A DNA stretch of 46,129 bases from Chiloscyllium plagiosum (lineage: Eukaryota), in contig NC_057753.1 in assembly GCF_004010195.1 (NCBI RefSeq), positions 10,970,421 to 11,016,549 of the forward strand. The letters are read 5' to 3'. The notes beneath the pieces are model-generated. The model was not told the DNA's origin, searched no databases, and saw only the letters and a program-made list of their open reading frames with translations. The position numbers and the translations under genes were made by a program. Of this stretch, positions 22,633-33,635 are shown in pieces (position 1 is the stretch's first letter; each line of letters begins with the position of its first letter).

Positions 22633-24175
22633 AGAACATAGAACAATACAGCGCAGAACAGGCCCTCAATGTTGCGCCGACCTGCAAACCATTCTCAGCT
22701 CGTCCCCCTACACTATCCCAAAATCATCCATGTGCTTATCCAAGAATAGTTTAAATCTCCCTAATGTGGCTGAGTTGACTACATTGGCAGGTAGGGGATT
22801 CCACGCCCTTACCACTCTCTGAGTAAAGAACCTGCCTCTGACATCTGTCTTAAATCTATCACCCACCAATTTGTAGCTATGCCCTCTCGTACAAGCTGAT
22901 CTCATCATCCCAGGAAAAGGACTTTCACTGTCTACCCTCTGATCTATCAAATCCCCCCTTAGCTTTCTTTTTTCCAATGAGAACAGACCCAAGTCTCTCA
23001 GCCTTTCCTCATAAGACCTACCCTCCAGACCAAGCAACATCCTGGTAAGTCTCCTCTGCACCTTTTCCAATGCTTCCACATCCTCCCTAAAGTATGGTGA
23101 CCAGAACTGTACACAGTATTCCAAGTGCAGCCACGCTCGCGTTTTGTATAGTTGCAGCATGATATTGCAGCTCTGGAACTCAATCCCTCTACCAATAAAA
23201 CCTGACACACCGTATGCCTTCTTAACAGCACTATCCACCTGGGTGGCAACTTTCAGAGATCTATGTACATGGCCTCCAAGATCCCTCTGCATATCCACAC
23301 TACTAAGAATCTTTACATTGACCCAGTACTCTGCCTTCCTGTTATTCTTCCCAAAGTGCATCACCTCACATTTAGCTGCATTGAACTCCATTTGCCATTT
23401 CTCAGCCCAATTTTGCAGTTTATTCAAGTCCCCCTGCAACCTGTAACATTCTTCCAAACGACTTTAGTGTCGTTTGCAAATTTACTAATCCATCCATCTA
23501 TGCCTGCGTCTAAGTCATTTATAAAAATGACAAACAGCAGTGCTCCCAAATCAGATCTTTGTGGCACACCACTAGTAACCGGACTTCAGGCTGAATATTT
23601 TCTATCAACCACCACTGCCTTCTTTCAGAAAGCCAGTTTCTAATCCAGACTGCTAAATCACCCCCACTTCCATGCCTCTGCATTTTCTCCAACAGCTACT
23701 ATGTGGAACCTTATCAAAAGCTTTACTGAAGTCCATGTATACCACGTCAACTGTCCTACCCTCATTTACATGCTTGATCACCTTCTCAAAAAACTCAATG
23801 AGGTTTGTGAGACACGACCTGCCCTTGACAAAACCATATTGACTATCTGAAATCAAATTGTTGTTTGCTAGATGATTATAAATCTTATCTCTTATAATCC
23901 TTTCCAAAATCTTTCAACAACAGAAGTAAGGCTCGCTGGTCTATAATTACCTGGGTCATCTCTACTCTCCTTCTTGAACAACGCCACAACATTTGCAATC
24001 CTCCAGTCCTCAGGTACTAAACCTGTAGACAATGACGACACAAATATCAAAGCCAAAGGCTCTGCTATCTCCTTCCTAACTTCCCAGAGAATCATCAGAT
24101 AAATTCCATCTAGCCCAGGAGACTCGTCTACATTCACTCCTTACTAGATTTGAAAACACCTGTTTGTAACTAACC
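22633..24175 (-). mobile_element. CR1-type LINE RT and 3' end (second subfamily), frameshifted
   Basis: [74 protein letters not shown]. Confidence 0.92.
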
Positions 24176-24177
24176 GT

Positions 24178-24750
24178 GGGTGGCACGGTGGCACAGTGCT
24201 TAGCACTGCTCCCTCACAGCGCCAGAGACCTGGGTTCAATTCCCGACTCAGGCAACTGTCTGTGTGGATTAGATTAGATTGATTAGATTAGATTACTTTA
24301 CAGTGTGGAAACAGGCCCTTCGGCCCAACAAGTCCACACCGACCCGCCGAAGCGCAACCCACCCATACCCCTACATTTACCCCTTACCTAACACTACGGG
24401 CAATTTAGCATAGCCAATTCACCTGACCTGCACATCTTTGGACTGTGGGAGGAAACCGGAGCACCCGGAGGAAACCCACGCAGACACGGGGAGAACGTGC
24501 AAACTCCACACAGTCAGAGTGTGGAGTTTGCACACTCTCCCCATGTCTGCGTGGGTTTTCTCCGGGTGCTCCGGTTTCCTCCCACAGTCCAAAGATGTGC
24601 AGGTCAGGTGAATTGGCTATGCTAAATTGCCCGTAGTGTTAGGTAAGGGGTAAATGTAGGGGTATGGGTGGGTTGCGCTTCGGCGGGTCGGTGTGGACTT
24701 GTTGGGCCGAAGGGCCTGTTTCCACACTGTAAAATAATCTAATCTAATCT
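24178..24750 (+). mobile_element. HE1 SINE containing an antisense HE1 copy (24269-24518)
   Basis: Host head with A/B boxes 24178-24268 resumes at 24519; GTGTGGA duplicated at 24262-24268 and 24519-24525. Confidence 0.92.
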
Positions 24751-24759
24751 CAATCTTTT

Positions 24760-25790
24760 CTGGAGGGATATTGGCCAAGTGCTGGCAAATGGGACTAGAT
24801 TAGGTTAGGATATCTGGCCGGCATGGATGAGTAGGACCGAAGGGTCTGTTTCCATGCTGTCTCACTCTGTGACTCTAACTGGGCCATGGACTGACGAATG
24901 GACTGGGCCATCGACAGACGGAGTTTAATTTAGATCAATGCAACGTGTTGCATTTTGGTGAGTCAAACCAGGGTAGGACGTACATGTCAATTGTGGGAGA
25001 CCGAGAGGTGCAGGTGCATAGTTCCTTGAAAGTGAACTTAGAGGTAGACAGGATGATGAAGAAAGCTTTCGGCAGGCTTGTTTTCATTGGTCAGAGCTTG
25101 GTGTGTGGGAGCATCCTGTGGAGAGAAATCAGAGTTTACGTTTCAGGTCCGGTGACCCTGCCTCAAAACTGGACCTGAAACGTTAGGTCTGATTTCTCGC
25201 CAGAGATGCTGCCAGACCTGCTGAACTTTTCCAGCAACTTCTGTTTTTGTTTCTGATTTCCAGTGCCCGCTTTTCTCAGTATTTATTGAGTACAGGAGTT
25301 GGGATGTCTTGCTGCAGCTGTACAAGACCACGTTCAAAGGTCTCTCTACTATCGAAAGGACATTATTAAACTAGAAAGGGTACAGAAAAGATTTACTAGG
25401 ATGCTACTGGGACTGAACGTTTGAGTTATAGGGAGAGGCTGGATAGACTGGGACTTTTTTTTTCTCTGGAAACTGAAGGGTACCCTTATAGAGGTAATTG
25501 TAGAATAATAGGGGAATGGGTCTGTGTGGGATACTGTTCAGAAGGTCGGTGTGGATCTGTTGGGACAAAGGCCCTGTTTCAACATTGCAGGAATTCTATC
25601 ATTCTATGACCCATATCCCATCCAGATACCTTTAAAATGTTGCTACTGTACCTGCCTCAACCACTTTCTCTGGCAGCCCATTCCACATACGTACCACCCT
25701 CTGCATGAAGAAGTTGTCCTTCAGGTCCTTCCTAAGTCTTTCCCCTCTCACCTCAAACCTATGCCCTCTAGTTTTCAATTCGCCATCCCT
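24760..25790. mobile_element. Mosaic of CR1 fragments with an inverted Penelope terminus (25110-25270) and an HE1 3' piece (25495-25610)
   Basis: VLHFG..VQVHSSLKV..KKAFG; inverted ACGTTTCAGGTCC / GGACCTGAAACGT; minus-strand CR1 3' piece 25610-25790. Confidence 0.7.
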
Positions 25791-25871
25791 GAGGAAAATG
25801 ACGGTGTGGGTACAGTTAATCATACTAAGGGAAACTGATTGACACAGCATGAACTGGAGTTGGGAGGCATA

Positions 25872-26122
25872 TACATTACATTACATTACAGTGTGGAAAC
25901 AGGCCCTTCGGCCCAACAAGTCCACACCGACCCACCGAAGCGAAACCCACCCATACCCCTACATTTACCCCTTACCTAACACTACGGGCAATTTAGCATG
26001 GCCAATTCACCTGACCCTGCACATCTTTGGACTGTGGGAGGAAACCGGAGCACCCGGAGGATACCCACGCAGACACGGGGAGAACGTGCAAACTCCACAC
26101 AGTCAGTCGCCTGAGGCGGGAA
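25872..26122 (-). mobile_element. Young HE1 SINE, 5' truncated
   Basis: Near-identical to 24295-24515; (TACAT)n tail. Confidence 0.9.
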
Positions 26123-26359
26123 CCTGTCACGTTTCACTTTGGAAATAAATAAATGGCTCCAGTTTCTCCCTCCCCTCCATAACATTGTCAGAGTTGTAAC
26201 AACGGGAACTGAGATTCTTTGACCGACAGTGAAGGTCGGAACTGAAGTGAAATAAAATTTCCGACAGAATCTTTCAATTCTAGCGGCATTTGAGACAAGA
26301 GGCTGGAAATAAGTGGAAATTGCCAGGTTCTTGATTGCCGGCTGAGTTTGATTCTTCCC

Positions 26360-26645
26360 TCGGACTGACTGTCTGTGTGGCATTTGCACATTGCCCCCCT
26401 CAACCGCCACCCCTTCCCCCACCCCCACCCCTCACAATCCAAAGATGTACAGGTTAGGGTGGATTGGCCATGCTAAATTGCCCATAGCGTTCAGAGATGT
26501 GTAGGTGCGGGTGCATTAGTCAGGGGTAAATGTAGAGTAATAGATTTGGAGAATGGGTCTGGGTGGGTTACTCCTCAGAGGGTCAGTGTGGACATGTTGG
26601 GCTGAAGGGCCTGTTTCTGCATTGTAGGGATTCTACGATTCTATG
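26360..26645 (+). mobile_element. HE1-type SINE variant
   Basis: V-domain core and GATTCTA tail. Confidence 0.8.
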
Positions 26646-27534
26646 ATTCACACAATCTTTGGCAGAATGAATTGGCCAAGTCCCTACCCCAGAGGGAGCA
26701 AGACATGGTCTTGGAATCACCACTTTCTGATGAAAATTAATGTGAAAGACAATTTTGGGAACCAGACCTTTGTCAGTTGGACATTGATGAAGTTTTGGCT
26801 TTTCCATATGGTCCATGAAGGAGATTTACAGAAGGCTTATAGAGGTTTATGAAATCATGAAGGGCATGGATAGGGTGAATAATCAAGGTCTTCCCTTCGG
26901 GTGGGGGAAGCCAGAACCTCGGGACATATGTACAAGGCAAGAGAGGAAACACACAAAAGAGTCTCAAGGGGCAACCCTACACACATGCACAAGCAGCCAC
27001 AGGAAGTGGTGGAGGCTGGCACAACCACAACATTCAACACGGACCAATGAGAGCAACTTGGGTGTGGCCAGTGCTCTCAGGTGACATTTTCTACTTTTAT
27101 TTTAGTTTCTTGGTTAAAGCAGAAGAATTTGGGAGTTTCATGAGTGTCTCTCAGCTGCTACTCTCTCTGAATTTTCTCTTGTTGTTTGTTCCTCCTGTAG
27201 AACTCAATGTGTCGGAATCTGCCTTTTTACCAAAAGGGGTGTGTTTAATGAGATATAACTGTATCAGAACAGTTAGTAACAGTTACTGTGTGTCTATGAA
27301 GTTTCTAGTCTGTGCAGTTATTGTAAATTCATCTCTCTTTGGCTGTATTTTTTATACAGATTTTTTTTGAAAAAGAAGATTTTTGAGATTTTTTACAAAA
27401 TTACAAAAATAATACAAATTAATGTATTCCAATATAATAACAACACCAATGTAAGATTTAAAAAAAACTAACTACTAATCTATCCTACAAACAACCATAG
27501 CATAAAATAGGATATCATACATTACTAACAATAA

Positions 27535-28210
27535 ACAAAGGACAAAAGGGTAACTAGGGAGAGAATAGGGCCCCTCGAAGATCAGCAAGGCGGCCTTTGT
27601 GTGGTGGCTGCAGAAAATGGGGGAGATACTAAATGAGTATTTTGCATCAGTATTGACTGTGGAAAAGGATATGGAAGATATAGACTGTAGGGAAATAGAC
27701 GGTGACATCTTGCAAAATGTCCATATTACAGAGGAGGAAGTGCTGGATGTCTTAAAATGCATAAAAGTTGATAAATCCCCAGGACTTGATCGGGTGTATC
27801 CTAGAACTCTGTGGGAAGCTAGAGAAGTGATTGCTGGGCCTCTTGCTGAGATATTTGTATCATCGATAGTCGCAGGTGACCTCCAGAAGACTGGAGGTTG
27901 GCTAATATGGTGTCACTGTTTAAGAAGGGCGGTAAGGACAAGCCAGGGAACTATAGACCAGTCCACCCTGCAGGCACTCTGATGAAGGGCTTTTGCCTGA
28001 AACATCGATTTTCCTGCTCCTCGGATGCTGCCTGTACTAGTGTGCTTTTCCAGCACCACTCTAATCTAGAATCTGGTTTTCAGCATCTGCAGCCCTTGTT
28101 TTTACCTAACTATAAACCAGTGAGCCTAACGTCGGTGGTGGGCAAGTTGTTGGAGGGAATCCTGACGGACAGGATGTACATGTATTTGGAAAGGCAAGGA
28201 CTGATTAGGG
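27535..28210 (+). mobile_element. CR1 ORF2 fragment interrupted by a Penelope terminus
   Basis: EILNEYFASV..KVDKSPGLDRVYPRTLWEAREVIAGPLAEIF; PGNYRPV|SLTSVVGKLLEG. Confidence 0.88.
27963..28107 (+). mobile_element. Miniature Penelope-terminus insert with hammerhead core and 14-bp TSD
   Basis: AACTATAGACCAGT (27949-27962) and AACTATAAACCAGT (28108-28121); CTGATGA (27979) AGGGCTTTTGCCT GAAA CATC. Confidence 0.85.
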
Positions 28211-28309
28211 AGAAGCTGGATACAGACACAAGCGAGAAAGCAAGAGAAGGAAATACAACAATTGTACTATAAATGGCAGATCATATAGGAGTATACAGAA
28301 TGATCTCAC

Positions 28310-29035
28310 AGAGTCGTAAAGATGTACAGCATGGAAACAGACCCTTTGGTCCAACCCGTCCATGCCAACCAGATATTCCAACCCCACCTGCCAGCACACG
28401 GCCCATATCCCTCCAAACCCTTCCTATTCATATACCTATCCAAATGCCTCTTAAATGTTGCAATTGTACCAGCCTCCACCACTTCCTCTGGCAACTCATT
28501 GCATACACGTACCCCCTCTGCGTGAAAATGTTGCCCCATAGGTCTCTTTCATATCTTTCCCCTCTCACCCTAATCCTACACCCTCTAGTTCTGGACTCCC
28601 CGACCCCAGGGAAAAGACTTTGCCTGTTTACCCTATCCATTCCCCTCATAATTTTGTAAACCTCTTTAAGGTCACCCCTCAGCCTCCAACGCTCCAGGGA
28701 AAACAGCCCCAGCCTGTTCAGCCTCTCCCTATAGCTCAAATCTGGGCAGATAGATCCCTGGAAGTGGCAATGCAGGCAGGTACAGTGGTCAAGAATGCAC
28801 ATGACACGCTTGCCTTCCTTGAGTGTAAGAGTTGGCATGTTATGTTACAGCTATTTATTCTGGTCACATTTGGAATGTGCAGTGTGGTTGCCATGCTACC
28901 AGAAGGAAGTACAGAGAAGGTTCACCAGGACGTTGCCAGGTCTGGAGGACTATCGTTACAAGGAGGGGTGGAATAAATCTGGATTGTTTTCACTGCAAAG
29001 AGGGGTGATCTTGACAAAATTATGAGGTGGATAGG
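28310..29035. mobile_element. CR1 3' end (-, 28310-28745) abutting an older CR1 fragment (+, 28745-29035)
   Basis: LSYRERLNRLGLFSLERWRLRGDLKEVYKIMRG (-); VQRRFTRTLPGLED (+). Confidence 0.8.
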
Positions 29036-29650
29036 GGTGGCATGGTGGCTCAGTGTTTAGCACCGTCGCCTCAGAGCACCAGTGATCTGGGTTCAATTCC
29101 AGCCTTGGGCGACTGCCTGTGTGGAGGTTGCACATTCTCCCCCTTGAGTTTGTGTGGGTTTCCTCCGGGTGCTCCGGGTTCCTCCCATAATCCAAAGATG
29201 TGCAGGTTAGGGTGGATTGACCATGCTAAATTACCCAGTGTCCAGGGAGGTGCAGGTTAGGATGAATTGGTTGTGCTATATTACCTGATGATTACTTGGA
29301 TGATTAGATGATTCCTTAAGTGTGGAAACAGACCCTTCAGCCCAACAAGTCCACACCGACCCTCTGAAGAACAACCCACCCAGACCCATTCCCGTACATT
29401 TACCCCTTCACCTAACACTATGGGCAATTTAGCATGACCAATTCACCTAACCTACACATTTTTGGACTGTGGGAGGAAACCGGAGCATCTGGAGGATAGT
29501 GTCCAGGGATGTGTAGGTTAGATGCTTTAGTCAGTGGTAAAAGTAGAGTAATAGGGGTAGGGGAATGGGTCTGGGTGGGTTACCCTTTGGAGGGCTGGTG
29601 TTGACTTGTTGGACCAAATGGCCTGTTTCCGTGCTGTAGGGATTGTATGA
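29035..29650 (+). mobile_element. HE1 SINE with nested antisense HE1 fragment (about 29295-29495)
   Basis: A/B boxes at 29040-29100; minus-strand AAGTCCACACCGACCC..TTTGGACTGTGGGAGGAAACCGG; host resumes near 29497. Confidence 0.82.
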
Positions 29651-30119
29651 TAGTCAGAGGCTTTTTGTTTCCCCCAAGTAGAGTAAAGTGAACTTTCTAA
29701 TGCAGGGGAAGCCTGTATGCTGATGGTAGTGATGGGTTGTGGCTCAGGTGGAGCATAAACACTGACAGAGGACAACTGAGCCGACCGGCCCTGGCCCGGT
29801 GGAGACTCAATGGGACAGAGACCAATGTATCTATTTCAGATCTACCTGCAGTAGTTGGACAAACATTATGCTCCATCCAAGATTTTAAAAAATGTCCTCC
29901 ATCTGCTCTCATGGACCATTTCTGTAGGGAAGGTGCAGTGCTGGGCTCAGAGAGTGTCAGCCCTCACTGGAAGTAAAGTGGGTGTGAGAGCGGCCAGTCC
30001 AGCAGAAAGGAACACCTTGCCACCACACCACCACCACCTCCCCCCCCATTCACCCACTAAACAGGGTTCATGGTGTGACTCAGTAACAGCAGAATCCAAC
30101 GCCTACACCCTGCGCCATC

Positions 30120-30514
30120 TCACTTGTGAAATTGCTGGTGTCGCCACAAGTTGCACGACTGGGTGAAACCCTTCCCGCACACGGAGCAGGTGAACAGCCG
30201 CAGGGTGGAGGAATCACAGAAGCCTTTGTTGCACACGGAACAGGTCAACGTCTTCTCCCCAGTGTGGATCTGCTGGTGCAACAGTAGGTGGTCCGACTGA
30301 GTGAAGTCTTGCCCGCACAGGGGGCAGACGAACAGTTTCTCCATGGGGGGGGGATCCCACTGGTGGACCAGAAGGTGATGTGACTGCATGAAGCCTTTCC
30401 CGCACTGAGTGCAGGTAAACATCCGCTGTTGGTGTGCAAATGCCAAAAAATCTCCAGCGTAGACCGGGAAGGGAAACCATTCCCACACTCCCCCCATTGC
30501 CACGGCTTTTCCAT
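30120..30514 (-). pseudogene. Degenerate C2H2 zinc-finger pseudogene, about 5 fingers
   Basis: MEKPWQWGECGNGF start; [60 protein letters not shown]; frameshift, lost His residues and an internal deletion. Confidence 0.85.
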
Positions 30515-30704
30515 GGTGTGGCTGTCCTCGCGTCTGTGTGTGTGTGTGTGAGTATGTGGTTACTGGTGAACCTTCTGATAACTGGAACATACTCAGTCTG
30601 TAAAGCTTGTTCCAGTCACTACTCTGGTGTGTGGGTATGTGAGACTCTGAGTTTCCAGTCACACTGACGTTTAAAACCTAATGAAGCAGACAGACCGCCT
30701 CATC

Positions 30705-30865
30705 CTTGTTTCTGGATCAGTGGTGCTGGAAGAGCACAGCAGTTCAGGCAGCATCCGAGGACAGGCAAAGTCCGAGGACAGGCAAAATCGACATTTTGGG
30801 CAAAAGCCCTTCATCAGGAATAAAGGCAGAGAGCCTGAAGCGTGGAGAGATAAGCTAGAGGAGGG
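30705..30865 (-). mobile_element. Penelope terminus running into assembly gap; decayed hammerhead at about 30786-30821
   Basis: Minus strand ATTC-CTGATGA-A-GGGC-TTTT-GCCC-AAAA-T-GTC-GATT. Confidence 0.8.
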
Positions 30866-31258
30866 NNNNNNNNNNNNNNNNNNNNNNNNNNNNNNNNNNN
30901 NNNNNNNNNNNNNNNNNNNNNNNNNNNNNNNNNNNNNNNNNNNNNNNNNNNNNNNNNNNNNNNNNNNNNNNNNNNNNNNNNNNNNNNNNNNNNNNNNNNN
31001 NNNNNNNNNNNNNNNNNNNNNNNNNNNNNNNNNNNNNNNNNNNNNNNNNNNNNNNNNNNNNNNNNNNNNNNNNNNNNNNNNNNNNNNNNNNNNNNNNNNN
31101 NNNNNNNNNNNNNNNNNNNNNNNNNNNNNNNNNNNNNNNNNNNNNNNNNNNNNNNNNNNNNNNNNNNNNNNNNNNNNNNNNNNNNNNNNNNNNNNNNNNN
31201 NNNNNNNNNNNNNNNNNNNNNNNNNNNNNNNNNNNNNNNNNNNNNNNNNNNNNNNNNN
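30866..31258. other. Assembly gap (393 N)
   Basis: Run of N. Confidence 1.
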
Positions 31259-31498
31259 TAATCTAATCTAATCTAATCTAATCTAATCTAATCTAATCTA
31301 ATCTAATCTAATCTAATCTAATCTAATCTAATCTAATCTAATCTAATCTAATCTAATCTAATCTAATCTAATCTAATCTAATCTAATCTAATCTAATCTA
31401 ATCTAATCTAATCTAATCTAATCTAATCTAATCTAATCTAATCTAATCTAATCACACTGTAGGTAATCTAATCTAATCTAATCTAATCTAATCTAATC
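31259..31498 (+). repeat. (AATCT)n microsatellite, expanded HE1 tail
   Basis: Perfect pentamer run with embedded CACACTGTAGG, the HE1 3' end. Confidence 0.95.
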
Positions 31499-32074
31499 AT
31501 TTCTGCCTCCAAATTCTTCTCTCGTAACATTTCTGTGATGAGAGATCGCAAAAGTCATCGTAGTCAGTACATGATAGAAAATCCGAACCCACAATTCTAG
31601 TTCCTGTGGAACATTCTTTCCTCTCTTAATCCCCAAGATCTTTGTGTAGATCTATATGTAACCAGCAGGGTAATGTCAACTCCACAAAGAGTTGACATGC
31701 ACTCAAGTTGCCGAACGGACCTCTATCGTGCAGTATGGATGCTCTTACTGAAGATATACAATATGCTGCAGTACGATCTTAGGAGCCCAGAAATAACTGC
31801 AAATCAGGCTCTTAGAAGCATAAACACTCCATCAAATACGCAGACTTATGCACGGTTCTCTTAAATCTGAGTCTTCTGGGAATCTACAGTTTCAAGTGTC
31901 AATTTTTGGAAAAGAAGCCATCTTTCTGGACTCCTTCCGTGTCACGCTGACTCTATTACTGGAAATACATCCAGTACTACACTAGGATTCATGATCAATG
32001 ACATGAGACATATCTTTATCCTCTTGTAATTTTCTGTTCCATAAACGTTTCGATGAATGCCAATGTTTTTACCA

Positions 32075-32225
32075 GTCATAGAGATGCACAGCACAGAAAC
32101 AGATCCTTCAGTCCAACTCGTCCATGCCGACCAGATACCCAAAAATTAATCTAGTCGCATTTGCCAGCACTTGGACCATATCCCTCTCAACTCCTCCTGT
32201 TCATGTACCCATCTAGATGCCTTTT
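32075..32225 (-). mobile_element. CR1/HER1 3' UTR
   Basis: GTCATAGAGATGCACAGCACAGAAACAGA..CATTTGCCAGCACTTGG. Confidence 0.8.
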
Positions 32226-32564
32226 TGTGGAAGCTGTTTTGTTAGCCTGCTTGTCAGTTGCTGACCTGTTTGCAAAACCACCACCCAGGAAGCAGAGGCA
32301 GCTCTTTGCTTAGCTGGCTTCCTTACCTGCAGCCACCAGCTCAGCAGAGGTCAAAGCCACTTGCCTAGCAAAGCCCCAACCCAGGCAGATGGTATTAATG
32401 GGGGGGGGATGCAGTATCTGCAGTGTGCATTGACTCAAGGTCTGACAACAATAGCCCGTTAAAGATTGCTGATGGGCAGGGCATGCTGCAAGGGCCTTCC
32501 AGAAGAGAAAATAAACTCTGTTTTCACAGGGTTCCAAAATTATGTTCCACTCCAAAGGCATATC

Positions 32565-32817
32565 TGTGGCCTCCTTCTTTAAAGATCATAATTTCCCTTC
32601 CCACGTGGTTAAAGTTGGCCTTCAACGCATCTCATCCACATCCCCCACCTCTGCCCTAAGAACCCACCCCTCCCACTGCAACAAGGACAGAACGTCCCTG
32701 GTGCTCACCTTCCACCCTACCAACCTTTGCATAAACCGCATCATCTGCCGACATTTCCTCCACCTCCAAACGGACCTCACCACCAGGGATAGATTTCCCT
32801 CCCCACCCCTTTTCCGA
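32565..32817 (+). mobile_element. Penelope internal fragment at the site of the missing ERV RT core
   Basis: ASFFKDHNFPSHVV..SLVLTFHPTNL..IICRHFLHLQTD, matching the Penelope ORF at 43499-44035. Confidence 0.8.
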
Positions 32818-33547
32818 GGACAATGACAGAAAAACAAGTGGCAGTAGCAGGGAGGCTAGTAATGTTGATATTGGTGCCTGGCACCAGAGGGGAGCAGGGG
32901 ACAACGATGGCATTGACTGTCCTCAAGTCCGGCACAGATTTCCATTGTCCTGGTTTTCCTGGCTTAGGAATGGGGAGGATAGGAGTGTTGCAGGGCCTGG
33001 TGGAGCAAGATGCCTTGCTGTAGGTGGGAATCAATGACTGGTTTTATATCTCTACTGGCAAGTGACAAATTGTACTGTCTGATAGACGGTCGGATGGGCC
33101 CACATTTCGCAGTGACCGTATGAGCCAGAGCCAATATTACTAGGCCTGTGGCACTGGAGTGCTGTGCCCATAATGAAGGTGGCACATCGTTGAGCAATCG
33201 GGGCTGTCACAGGAGGGGAGGGTGACATCGACAGGGTTTGCAAGGTAAAGGAGGGAAAACAACACACACAAAAACTCCTCCTGGCCTAAGCAGGCAATCT
33301 GCATGGAGTCGGGCTCCACAGGGTCCAGGGGTTTAAATTCCTTTAGCAGACCGCCGAGTCTATGCACCATGGGCTCCAAATCCTTTGGGTACCAAGGGGC
33401 TTTAACTATGAAGGAAATATGAGGGAATGAGGTGGGGTTATTTCAGAAAAGCGTTCTTTGTTCAGCTTTGAGCAGAACTTCCACAGCTAATCCCTCCTTA
33501 CCAACGTAACACAGGCCAGTCAATGTCAGTGTAGAAACCAGATTGAG

Positions 33548-33635
33548 ATAAGGGTCTGTAATAGCGGAATAAGACGGGTCAGGTTCGTGAAATAAGGGTC
33601 TGTAATAGCGGAATAAGACGGGTCAGGTTCGTGAA
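33548..33635. repeat. 44-bp perfect tandem duplication that frameshifts ERV pol
   Basis: ATAAGGGTCTGTAATAGCGGAATAAGACGGGTCAGGTTCGTGAA at 33548 and 33592. Confidence 0.95.

Noticed and set aside
22708..23457. 249-aa ORF as a host gene
   Set aside because: C-terminal part of a frameshifted CR1 ORF2
24178..24250. tRNA-like A/B boxes, also at 13716, 29035 and 42803
   Set aside because: tRNA-derived SINE heads continuous with HE1 bodies, not tRNA genes
30681..31271. 196-aa ORF
   Set aside because: Mostly translated N gap
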